Assembly: GCA_047617435.1 (NCBI GenBank)
Contig: JBLGBC010000001.1
Coordinates: forward strand, 5,502-69,501
Source: Lentimonas sp.
Lineage (GTDB): Bacteria; Verrucomicrobiota; Verrucomicrobiia; Opitutales; Coraliomargaritaceae
DNA: 64,000 nt
Direction: 5' to 3'
Under the pieces are notes generated by a model. That model searched no databases, was not told the DNA's origin, and was given only the letters and a program-made list of their open reading frames with translations. Of this stretch, positions 1-8,470 are shown piece after piece; position 1 is the first letter of the stretch, and every line of letters starts with the position of its first letter. The position numbers and the translations under genes are program-made.

Positions 1-123
1 GCGTATTCAGTGCTCCAATTGGCGCGACGTAGCATTAAATACAGGTTTGCCTTGCCGCTTCGATTGGGTTGCGATTGTTCTTGATTGCACAAAGTGCTAT
101 TGGATAGCTTTCGTTTTTTATAC

Positions 124-423
124 ATGATAATTACCACAGTTACTCCCCGAGGCCTTGAAGTCTCGTTTGACGTAGAATCGTTGGATGCGGCCAACGCAGC
201 TGAGGTGAAGGCGACCCTGAAAGGGCTTGATTTACAGGGTCAGTCGCACGTCGTGCTCAATCTGCAAAAAGTTGAATTTATCGACAGCTCCGGCATCGGG
301 GCCATTTTGAGTTTTTATAAGGAAATGGAACATCGGGTCAGTTTGCGCCACCCGAGTCCGACGGTACTGAGCGTTCTTGAATTACTTCGCCTGCATACTA
401 TTTTTGAAATCGAATCCGAATAG
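124..423 (+). CDS. STAS-domain protein (SpoIIAA/RsbV-like anti-sigma-factor antagonist)
   Basis: ORF track 85..423 starts at TTG. The in-frame ATG at 124 gives about 99 aa, typical of single-domain STAS. Motif VEFIDSSGIGAIL carries the phosphorylatable DSSG serine (nt 283-294). Confidence 0.85.
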   Translation: MIITTVTPRGLEVSFDVESLDAANAAEVKATLKGLDLQGQSHVVLNLQKVEFIDSSGIGAILSFYKEMEHRVSLRHPSPTVLSVLELLRLHTIFEIESE

Positions 424-437
424 GCTCGAATACGTTT

Positions 438-1523
438 ATGACTGAGCGTGTCGACTTGCCTGCCGGTTTGGATGCGCAATTGACAGCGCATTTTGAGCGG
501 TCACGTCAGTATTTTCAGTCGTTGGGGACCGCTTGCCCGCAAGCGTTGATTCTCGGGGGCGGCTATGGTCGTAACGAGGGGGGTGTCGCAGCGAATGCAG
601 CCGGAGCGCCCTGTTTTTTTAATGATTTGGACTACTTCGTTTTTACGGACCGTCCCCGCGACGCCGCCCTGTTGACTGCAGTGCAGCGGTGGGAGCGTGC
701 CGAGAGCAAACTGCTTGGGGTTGATGTGGAGGCCAAGTGCTTAGCCCGGTGTGATTTAGCGCAGACCGGCGAGTCGATGATGTTTTTTGATTTGGTGTTG
801 GGCCACACGGTGGTGCTCGGGCCCGGTGATTTTTTACAGTCGTATCGGTCGTTGGCTCAAGCTGAAAGCATTCATGCGATTGAGGCGACTCGTTTGCTGT
901 GGAATCGTGGCTCGGGTTTACTTTTTGCGCGAGTGGATCTGGAGGCGGGGCGCGATTTGGAGGTGGTGCATCGCAATCAGTCCAAGGTCAAGCTGGCGTT
1001 GGGGGATGCGTGGTTGACCGTTCGCGGGCTGTATCAGTCTCATGCGTGCGAGCGCCACAAGGTGCTCTGTGAGCAGGTGGATGTAGCTGCGCGGATCAAA
1101 GAGCTGCATCAGTGTGGGCTGGCTTTTAAGTTGAATCCGACTCGTGCGCCCGAATTGGCCGAGTTGGAACGGATACAAGTGGAACTGGTGGCGCATTGGC
1201 GTCGCTGTTTTCTTGAGGTTGAAGCGGTGCGGCTGGCCACGTCTTTTGCCGACTCAGCGGGCTATGTCACGTATCCACAGCGGCTCTTTCCAGCTCGTTC
1301 ACTCTGGCGGAATCTGTTGTTAAGTGCGCGCGATCGGCTCCGGCGCGGGGGTGCGCTGCGACCCTTGGGCGACTATCCGCGGGGGGCATTGCAACGCGTT
1401 TTGCTGGCGCTGTTGGAGGCCGAACCGGATTATTTGAAAGTCAGCCGATTGCTCGGAACGCCGGTTTTCAGCTTGTCAGCTGCCGTGGCGGTGTATCGTA
1501 AGTGGTGGGAGTTTTATAGTTAG
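438..1523 (+). CDS. hypothetical protein with a nucleotidyltransferase-fold-like N-terminus
   Basis: 361-aa ORF with an ATG start, 15 nt after the STAS stop. N-terminus LGGGYGRNEGG...FNDLDYFVF...VDVEAK resembles the pol-beta NTase pattern (G-G/S...D-x-D plus a third acidic residue). The rest is unrecognised. Confidence 0.55.
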   Translation: MTERVDLPAGLDAQLTAHFERSRQYFQSLGTACPQALILGGGYGRNEGGVAANAAGAPCFFNDLDYFVFTDRPRDAALLTAVQRWERAESKLLGVDVEAKCLARCDLAQTGESMMFFDLVLGHTVVLGPGDFLQSYRSLAQAESIHAIEATRLLWNRGSGLLFARVDLEAGRDLEVVHRNQSKVKLALGDAWLTVRGLYQSHACERHKVLCEQVDVAARIKELHQCGLAFKLNPTRAPELAELERIQVELVAHWRRCFLEVEAVRLATSFADSAGYVTYPQRLFPARSLWRNLLLSARDRLRRGGALRPLGDYPRGALQRVLLALLEAEPDYLKVSRLLGTPVFSLSAAVAVYRKWWEFYS

Positions 1524-1530
1524 CCTGTTC

Positions 1531-2739
1531 ATGACCATTCCGAAGCCTCGAGTTCTTTTTTTTATGCCCTATATCCCGTATCCAGTGGATCGGGGCACTT
1601 ATCAGCGGGTGTATCATTTATTACTCGAACTTTCGGGGTCTTTTGAAATTGATCTGGTCTGCCTGCAAGAAGACGCGAGTCGGACGATGGCGCCCTTTGA
1701 GTCGTACACGCGGCGGCGCTTGGCGATCCCGTTTGTGCATCCGCCGTGGCCGAAGCTTTTCCCGCAGCGTCTATTGAATCCGTTGCCGACGACCGTGACG
1801 CATTGGCAGTCTGAGTGGGTGGAATCCGCATTGGCAGAGTTCATCCAAGGGGAGGATTACGATCGGGTGCTCTTTATCGACTTGGTGCTGTGGCCCTACG
1901 TGAAAAAGCTGTTTCCCGATCATCCGCAGCGGATTATGGACCGCAGTCGGGTGGATTGGCTCTTTCAGACTGAGGAGTACACTACCTTGGATTGTAGTTG
2001 GAAGGAGCGTTTCTTGCGGCAGGAAAATTTGTTCAAACTCGCGCGCTTGGAGCGTGCGGCCTACGCCGAGTTGTGTGGCATGATTGTTTGCGGCGCGGAT
2101 GATCGCGATTTTTTGGAGGCGAAACTCGGAGATGCGGAGAAGGTTTTTGTGTTGGCAAATGGCTACAATGAGCAGTTTTTCGATGTGGCTGCCTGGCCGC
2201 GCCAGCCATCGGCGGTGCCGAGTCTTTTGTTTTGTGGTGCGTTGGATTATAGTCCGAACGTGGATGCGATTGATTGGTTTGCGGGTCATATTTGGCCGCA
2301 CATCCACCGAGCGATGCCAGAGGTGATCTGGCGCATTGTGGGTAAATCGCCGGATCATCGTGCGGCCGCTTGGGCGGGGTTGCCGGGGGTTGAACTGGTG
2401 GGGGAGGTGGCAGATGTACGACCGTACTATCAGTCGGCGTGGTTGCAGGTCGTCCCCTTGCGGATCGGCGGGGGTACGCGACTGAAGATTGTGGAATCTC
2501 TGGGCATGTGTTGCCCGGTGGTTTCGACCACTTTGGGCGCGCAAGGTCTCAATTTAAAAGATAACCGGGAGCTGCTGCTGGCGGATCAGGCGGAGGTCTT
2601 CGCTGCGCAGGTCATCCACTTGTTGCGTTCTCCTGCGGAGAGTGCTTCCCTGGCGCGGGCCGGATTGCAGGCCGTACGTGAGAATTACTGCTGGCGTCAG
2701 TTGGGCGTTCAATTAAATGACTACATGCTAAATTTATGA
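1531..2739 (+). CDS. glycosyltransferase, GT-B fold (GT4-like)
   Basis: 402-aa ORF. C-terminal half has LLFCGALDYSPNVDAI...GGGTRLKIVESLGMCCPVVSTTLGAQGL, typical of the GT4/Glycos_transf_1 E-x7-E region. Confidence 0.8.
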   Translation: MTIPKPRVLFFMPYIPYPVDRGTYQRVYHLLLELSGSFEIDLVCLQEDASRTMAPFESYTRRRLAIPFVHPPWPKLFPQRLLNPLPTTVTHWQSEWVESALAEFIQGEDYDRVLFIDLVLWPYVKKLFPDHPQRIMDRSRVDWLFQTEEYTTLDCSWKERFLRQENLFKLARLERAAYAELCGMIVCGADDRDFLEAKLGDAEKVFVLANGYNEQFFDVAAWPRQPSAVPSLLFCGALDYSPNVDAIDWFAGHIWPHIHRAMPEVIWRIVGKSPDHRAAAWAGLPGVELVGEVADVRPYYQSAWLQVVPLRIGGGTRLKIVESLGMCCPVVSTTLGAQGLNLKDNRELLLADQAEVFAAQVIHLLRSPAESASLARAGLQAVRENYCWRQLGVQLNDYMLNL

Positions 2740-4181
2740 GTGCTGCAGGTCGCGATATCGCCTTTCTACTCGGATTACCCTTTAACGTCATGACGATGGA
2801 TCAGGCGGTTGATGATGCTGTGGCGCACATTCAAAGCAGGCGACCGGGCTATTACATTACTGCGAATGCTGATTTCGTGGCGCAGGCGTGTCATAACGAT
2901 GCGTTGAGAGATATAATATTCCATGCCGATCGGATCCTGTGTGATGGGATGCCGCTGGTCTGGTTGTCACGTTATTTTAAGCCGAGCTTACCCGAGCGTG
3001 TTGCTGGATCTGATTTGGTCTTTCGTTTGTTTAAAGAAGCGGATGCACGCAATTGGTCGGTGTTTTTCTTAGGCTCGGATTCGCATACGTTAGGCAATGC
3101 CAGGGCTATCCTGTCACAGGAGTATCCGCGGATGAACTTGTGCGGGACTTTTTCGCCCCCCATTGGCTCGGTCGAGTCGTGGCCGAATGAGGCCATGGTG
3201 GAGGCGATCCAGGCCGCACAGCCGGACCTACTGCTGGTGGCGGTGGGGTGTCCGAAGCAGGAGTTGTGGATTTCCAAATATTATCAAGACCTGGGTGTGC
3301 CGCTTTCAATCGGAATTGGTGCTTCATTGGATTTTGTGTGTGGGACGCAGCGTCGGGCCCCTCGCTGGATTCAACAAGTCGGAATGGAATGGATGTGGCG
3401 GCTGCTCAATAATCCGAAGCGCATGCTCAAACGTTATGCCTTCGATTTCTATTATTTGCTGCTGCTGGTTTATCGTCAATGGCAGTGCCTGCGACAGCGC
3501 GGCTCTGAGCGGGTCGCTGCGGATACTGTAAGTTTAGTTGACGAGCCGCAGGAGCGTGGCGGGGGCGTATTGGAGTCCTCGGTCTGTTGGCTGGTTTGGG
3601 AGGGAGCGGTCGAGTACGCTCATTTGGGCGCGTTGCCTGTTCCTGAGGGTTATAGCGCGCCTGTCTTTATCGATTTATCTCGAGTTGATTTTATCGACAG
3701 TTCGGGGATTGGGCTGTTGGCCAAGGTGGCGCGCCAAGCGCGACAGGCTAAGGTCGTTTTCGGCTTACTTCGGCCGAGTGGAGTGGTTGGCTCGATACTC
3801 AAAGCGATGCAATTGGAGGCTCAATTACCTACTTATGCCGATCGAGCTGCAGCGCTGGCTGCGTTGGTGGGGAGTCCGGGGAACTCAGTCCAACGACTCA
3901 AGCTGTCGCCATCATCTATAACTCAGAACCACTGCGCATGGAGTGAGTCATTGCAAACGGCGGTAGCAGCACTGGCAGCGGGTGGTCGCTTGGTGGTGGA
4001 TCTGAGTGAGATCGACCGGGTCGACTCATTTGCGATATCCTGTTTCGTTGCTCTGCATGAGCAAGCGTTGCAGCGGGGCGCTACGTTTCGAGTTGAGCAT
4101 TTATCCGCACAGGCGGTTCAGGCGATGAAGATGGCGGATGTATATGATACTTTGGTTTATAATGTAGCACAGCATGATTAA
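2736..4181 (+). CDS. WecG/TagA/CpsF-family (GT26) glycosyltransferase fused to two C-terminal STAS domains
   Basis: 481 aa, with an ATGA overlap onto the upstream gene. N-terminal ~250 aa has GT26 hallmarks (ILCDGMPLVWLSR, VAGSDL, VFFLGS, LLLVAVGCPKQELW, GIGASLDF). These are followed by VFIDLSRVDFIDSSGIGLLAKVARQ (STAS 1, DSSG at nt 3696-3707) and LVVDLSEIDRVDSFAISCFVALHEQ (STAS 2). Confidence 0.8.
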   Translation: MSAAGRDIAFLLGLPFNVMTMDQAVDDAVAHIQSRRPGYYITANADFVAQACHNDALRDIIFHADRILCDGMPLVWLSRYFKPSLPERVAGSDLVFRLFKEADARNWSVFFLGSDSHTLGNARAILSQEYPRMNLCGTFSPPIGSVESWPNEAMVEAIQAAQPDLLLVAVGCPKQELWISKYYQDLGVPLSIGIGASLDFVCGTQRRAPRWIQQVGMEWMWRLLNNPKRMLKRYAFDFYYLLLLVYRQWQCLRQRGSERVAADTVSLVDEPQERGGGVLESSVCWLVWEGAVEYAHLGALPVPEGYSAPVFIDLSRVDFIDSSGIGLLAKVARQARQAKVVFGLLRPSGVVGSILKAMQLEAQLPTYADRAAALAALVGSPGNSVQRLKLSPSSITQNHCAWSESLQTAVAALAAGGRLVVDLSEIDRVDSFAISCFVALHEQALQRGATFRVEHLSAQAVQAMKMADVYDTLVYNVAQHD

Positions 4182-5343
4182 ATCGACTGCACACAAGCCC
4201 CGGGTGTTGCTCTCCGCCGGGATGATTCAAGCGGGGCACTCCGGTGTCGGTCGCTACGTGGTTGAGCTAGCGAATCGTATGGCAGCAATGGAGTCGATTG
4301 ACTTGTATGTTGCGGGGTTGGATGCGGATCGTGGCCTTTTTGAGCGGATGGCGGATGACCGTTGGCTTTCGATTCCTGCGGCATTCGGCGGGGGCGTGAA
4401 GAATCTAATCTGGCACCAGTGGCACTTGCCCCGTTTATTGCGCTTGGGGCACTATGATTTGCTGCATATTCCGAGTTATCGGCGTATTGTGGGGTATTGC
4501 CCCGTGCCGCAAATAGCGACGGTGCATGATTGTGCGCCGTTTCATCTGAGGGATAAGTATGGGTTCTTACGGGGTTTGTTTGGGCGTCATCTGGCACCGT
4601 GGTTGGCTCGGCGCTGCGATCGGATCGTGTCGGTCAGTGAGTCTTCCAAACAGGATATCGTGAAGTTTTATCATTTGGGAGCCGAACGGGTGGATGTGGT
4701 ACTTAACGGACTCGATCACCATGCGTACCACCCGATGAGCGCGGAGCAGCTTGCTTCCTTTCGTCAGAACAAAGGATTCAATCAGCCGTATTTTCTGTAT
4801 ATTTCCCGGCTGGAGCATCCGGGAAAAAACCACCTGCGTTTGATTCAGGCGTATGAATCCTATCGGGAGCAATCGGGTGCGAATGTACAATTGGTGTTGG
4901 GCGGAGCGCCTTGGCTGGGGGCGGAGGTGATTGAGGCACGGGTGGCGGCCTCGCCCTACCGTGCGGACATTCGGATGGCTGGATTTTTAGCAGAGTCGGA
5001 TCTGCCCGGCTGGTATGCCGCAGCGGAAGCGTTGATCTTTCCGAGTTTGATGGAAGGCTTTGGGCTGCCGGTGATTGAGGCGCTGGCTTGCGGGTTGCGC
5101 GTAGCGACTTCGAATTGCAGTAGTCTGCCTGAGGTGGGGGGAGCCGCGGCCTTGTATTTTGATCCCTATTCCACGGTAGAAATTGCTGCTGCGCTGCTGA
5201 CTTTGTGCCGGGAAAATGGAGTGGAGCGAGCGAGTCGGATCGAGCAGGGGCTGCAACAGGCGGCCCGATATGATTGGGATCAGGCGGCAATGGCGACTTG
5301 CCAGCTTTATTTAAAGACCATTAATGTTGTTCCATCCCCATAA
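4174..5343 (+). CDS. glycosyltransferase family 4
   Basis: 389 aa. YFLYISRLEHPGKNHLRLIQA...LIFPSLMEGFGLPVIEALACGLRVATSNCSSLPEV is classic GT4. Confidence 0.85.
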   Translation: MIKSTAHKPRVLLSAGMIQAGHSGVGRYVVELANRMAAMESIDLYVAGLDADRGLFERMADDRWLSIPAAFGGGVKNLIWHQWHLPRLLRLGHYDLLHIPSYRRIVGYCPVPQIATVHDCAPFHLRDKYGFLRGLFGRHLAPWLARRCDRIVSVSESSKQDIVKFYHLGAERVDVVLNGLDHHAYHPMSAEQLASFRQNKGFNQPYFLYISRLEHPGKNHLRLIQAYESYREQSGANVQLVLGGAPWLGAEVIEARVAASPYRADIRMAGFLAESDLPGWYAAAEALIFPSLMEGFGLPVIEALACGLRVATSNCSSLPEVGGAAALYFDPYSTVEIAAALLTLCRENGVERASRIEQGLQQAARYDWDQAAMATCQLYLKTINVVPSP

Positions 5344-5364
5344 TTACATTCTGAATGTAGGCTG

Positions 5365-7362
5365 ATGTCCCCTAAACGAAAAAGTAAACCGGCAGTCTTT
5401 AAATTCCCGCTTCCCATTGATCCGATCCGTTTAATCTATGGAGTCGGCGAACGATGGATCTGGTTTATTGTGCTAGCAGTGCTTTTCGGTGTGATCGGTT
5501 GGGTGGTCGGAAGTGTTAAATCCGATGACCGTTACTCAGTATCCCTGCAGTTGATTAAGTCCAACGTTCCGACAGTGATCCAGACCAGCGACGTCGGTCA
5601 AGCCTTCAGGCCACGGGAGTTGAGTGATGACACCTTACTGTCGACCACCTATTCGACCGAAGTGTTGGAGCGTACCGGGGCCCGCTTAGATCCGGTGCGA
5701 TCCTCTCGAGAGGTTAAAGGGATGGTCGAGATTGTCAAACAGCGCAACACCGCACTCTTCTATCTGACGGCGCACTCGCGCATCAGCGCACAAGATGCCA
5801 TCACCTCGGTGTCGATTTGGGCCGACGAAATTATTCGCTTCACGAATAACTTGCAGCGGGAAGAAGCCCGTCAAATGGAAGCCTTTATTTCGGAGCAGTT
5901 GGATACCATCGAAGTACAGCTGGCTCGGGTGAATGATAGTATTTTGGATTTCGCGCGCGAAAATCAGTTTGTGGACGCGGATTCGCAGATCAGTTCGGCG
6001 CTCGCAGCGCATGGCGCATTGGGGGACCAATTAGCGTATACGCGTATCGCATTGAGTTCTAAAGCAGTACAGGTGAATCGTTACCGGCAGGAGTTACGAT
6101 CGCAGAGTCCGCTGGAGTCGGAGCTGAAAGAGAAGAAAGAAGAACTGACCTATTTGCGGGGGCGTTACACCGATGTGAATCCTTTGGTTAAGGAGAAGCT
6201 GTACGAAATCGAGTATATACAAGAGCAGTTGGAGCTGGCTGAAGATGCGCCGATCGGAGAGCTGAAAAACTTCACTGGGAGTCCTTTAGGTAATAATTTG
6301 TATTTGGAACTGATCTCGCTCGAGAACGAGCGTACTCAACTCGAAAACATGTTGGTTGATTTAGAACGACGCTTGGAGGCCAGTGAGCTGCGCATCGCCC
6401 ATTTGCCCGAGAAAGCGCTGCGCTTAAACGAGCTGAAGAGCCGCCGCGATTCATTAATCAAGGCGCAGTCACTCTTGGAAAGTCGCCGGAAAGAGGCCGC
6501 ATTTTACGAGACAAAGGCTCCGGGATATTGGCAGGTTTTTCAGAAGCCGAGCATGAATGAGGTCGCGCTCAGCTCTCAAAACGCGAAGTCCTTTTTACTC
6601 GGAATGATGGGGCTGCTCTTTGGAGGCGGTGTTGCTTTCTTGTTTACCGTGGCACAGGAGATTATCCAGCGGGGGATTCGTACGCCGATTGAGGCTGCGA
6701 TTGTCACCTCTACTTTGCCCGTGTGTCTTTTGCTGACGAGTCGGGCGGAGGATCGCTCTTGGTTCATGCAGCGGGTTTTAAGCGCGGATGAAGCGCTCCA
6801 AAACGAACGAGCCCTCAAGGCTTTTTGGTTGGCACATGAAATCACCAATCACGGCGAAGAGCGTCGACGTTTTTTGTTTGTTTCGATGGAAACTTGTGAT
6901 CGCGAGTCGGTTTTTTGGAGTGCTTTGTTTGATCTGATTCAGTCCGAAGGGCGAACATTGAACTTTTGTAATCTGAGTGGAGTCGAGGACCCTTCTTTTT
7001 CTGAGCTCTCTAAGCATCCGGCAGTGCTGCATTATTTCACCCAGCTGGATGAATTAGCGCAGGTGGATGATGGAATTTTATTTGTACGCTTAGGGCGAAC
7101 TGCCTCAGTTAAAGAGCTCGAACGATTGAAGCAGTCGGAGGCCTACTATTTACTCTCATCTGCCAGTCAGGCGGAGCGCTATGAAAGTCGTAATAAAAGT
7201 GAGATTATGCGCAGGATTTTAGGCCAGGCGGATGGACTCGTGATTGTCGACCATGGAACGACTTCGCTGGCACTCCGGCTACTGAAGCGCTATGAGATGT
7301 TTTTGTTGAGTTGGTATGTGAAAAATATGACTCAAAAAAAGCTCCAAGAGGATTCAGTATGA
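5365..7362 (+). CDS. polysaccharide co-polymerase / chain-length determinant (Wzz/GumC/EpsF-like) with a degenerate C-terminal P-loop-like domain
   Basis: 665 aa. It has an N-terminal TM (WIWFIVLAVLFGVIGWVVG), a long coiled-coil-like periplasmic region and a second TM (FLLGMMGLLFGGGVAFLF). The ~220-aa cytoplasmic tail aligns by eye to BY-kinase domains but has FLFVSMETCDRES where Walker A (GxxGxGKS/T) would be. Confidence 0.7.
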   Translation: MSPKRKSKPAVFKFPLPIDPIRLIYGVGERWIWFIVLAVLFGVIGWVVGSVKSDDRYSVSLQLIKSNVPTVIQTSDVGQAFRPRELSDDTLLSTTYSTEVLERTGARLDPVRSSREVKGMVEIVKQRNTALFYLTAHSRISAQDAITSVSIWADEIIRFTNNLQREEARQMEAFISEQLDTIEVQLARVNDSILDFARENQFVDADSQISSALAAHGALGDQLAYTRIALSSKAVQVNRYRQELRSQSPLESELKEKKEELTYLRGRYTDVNPLVKEKLYEIEYIQEQLELAEDAPIGELKNFTGSPLGNNLYLELISLENERTQLENMLVDLERRLEASELRIAHLPEKALRLNELKSRRDSLIKAQSLLESRRKEAAFYETKAPGYWQVFQKPSMNEVALSSQNAKSFLLGMMGLLFGGGVAFLFTVAQEIIQRGIRTPIEAAIVTSTLPVCLLLTSRAEDRSWFMQRVLSADEALQNERALKAFWLAHEITNHGEERRRFLFVSMETCDRESVFWSALFDLIQSEGRTLNFCNLSGVEDPSFSELSKHPAVLHYFTQLDELAQVDDGILFVRLGRTASVKELERLKQSEAYYLLSSASQAERYESRNKSEIMRRILGQADGLVIVDHGTTSLALRLLKRYEMFLLSWYVKNMTQKKLQEDSV

Positions 7363-8468
7363 GTCGTCGTTTTATCAGTTGCAGTGCCTTGATATGGTTC
7401 TTTGCTTACTCCCTCGCGGCGCTGCCGGAACCCGCGGCACCAGTGCCAATCGGGGTGAGCGAGCGTCCTGTTGTCAGCACTGAAGTGTTTCAAGCGGAGT
7501 CGGAGGTCGTGGCGGAAGCGGAGGTCGAGGTCGTGGCGGAGGCGGAGGTCGTGGTTTCATGGCGTGAGCGCTACACGCTGGGGCCGGGAGATGTCATTAA
7601 TATCCGGTTTTATGGCCGCAGTGATTTGGATCGTGCGGGTGTTCGAATTGCGCCGGATGGAACCCTGAGTTATTTGCAGGTTAATAGCCTCCGGGTGAGT
7701 AATATGACGATTGACGAGTTGCGAGCGACGATGGAGGACTCGCTTCAGGTCTATTATCGTGATCCACGGTTGATCATCATGCCTTGGGAGTTGAAAAGTA
7801 AGCGCTACGTTATTTTGGGCAAGGTTGTGGACAAGGGGGTATTTACGCTGGATCGGCCAATCACCTTGCTTGAGGCCATTGCGCGCAGCCGCGGGATCGA
7901 GACCGGACTCTTTGAGGGCTCGACCGTTGAGATCGCGAATATGGATTTATCCTTTATTGTGCGGGGAGGCGCGCGTATGGATGTGGATTTCGCTAAGCTG
8001 TATTATGAGGGTGATTTGAGTCAGAATGTATTTTTGGAGCCACAGGACTACATCTACCTCGCTTCGAGCCTTTCCAGTGAGTACTTTGTGTTTGGCTCCG
8101 TTGCGATGCCGGGGGCACAGGGCTTTACCAATAAAGCGAGTGTGTTGACTGCGTTAACGCGGCGACAAGGCTTTACGGATGGAGCGTGGAAAAAGCGCGT
8201 TTTGCTTGTGCGTGGGAGTTTGAGCAAGCCGGAGACTCATATTTTGGATGTGCGTGCGATGCTGGCAGGCAAGGAAAAGGATTTCCTGCTGCAGCCCGGC
8301 GATATTATTTATGTCAATGATCGGCCTTGGTACAAAGTTGAGCAGGTGCTGGATTCCGCGATGCGGAGTTTCCTACAGAGTACTACGTCGAGTTGGACCA
8401 ATGTAAATGTGCCCGAGTTGATCACGAGTCCCTTTTTGAATCAGCAAAATTGGAATGGAAGTCAGTAA
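7359..8468 (+). CDS. polysaccharide export protein (Wza/OPX-like)
   Basis: ORF track 7311..8468. The ATG at 7359 gives signal peptide MSRRFISCSALIWFFAYSLAA and overlaps the upstream stop. YTLGPGDVINIRFYG...PDGTLSYLQV is a Poly_export motif, with an SLBB-like C-terminus (LQPGDIIYV). Confidence 0.8.
   Translation: MSRRFISCSALIWFFAYSLAALPEPAAPVPIGVSERPVVSTEVFQAESEVVAEAEVEVVAEAEVVVSWRERYTLGPGDVINIRFYGRSDLDRAGVRIAPDGTLSYLQVNSLRVSNMTIDELRATMEDSLQVYYRDPRLIIMPWELKSKRYVILGKVVDKGVFTLDRPITLLEAIARSRGIETGLFEGSTVEIANMDLSFIVRGGARMDVDFAKLYYEGDLSQNVFLEPQDYIYLASSLSSEYFVFGSVAMPGAQGFTNKASVLTALTRRQGFTDGAWKKRVLLVRGSLSKPETHILDVRAMLAGKEKDFLLQPGDIIYVNDRPWYKVEQVLDSAMRSFLQSTTSSWTNVNVPELITSPFLNQQNWNGSQ
7494..7554 (+). 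repeat. imperfect in-frame tandem repeat (gaggtcgtggcgga-type units) encoding an acidic AEVV-rich linker
   Basis: Read directly: gcggagtcggaggtcgtggcggaagcggaggtcgaggtcgtggcggaggcggaggtcgtgg, which translates to AESEVVAEAEVEVVAEAEVVV. Confidence 0.8.
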
Positions 8469-8470
8469 CG

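Noticed and set aside
19-35. Sigma-54-like TTGGCGCGACGTAGCAT upstream of the STAS gene.
   Set aside because: The GG-to-GC register is 11 nt rather than 12, one short of the consensus. It sits at the window edge with no upstream context. I judged it too weak to report as a feature.
1562-5290. Long antisense or alternative-frame ORFs inside the GT genes, for example 1771..2544(-) 257 aa, 4778..5290(-) 170 aa, 3163..3531(+) and 3538..3921(+).
   Set aside because: They lie fully inside well-supported glycosyltransferase ORFs. They have Arg/Pro/Ser/Gly-skewed, low-complexity composition typical of shadow frames in GC-rich DNA, and no recognisable motifs.
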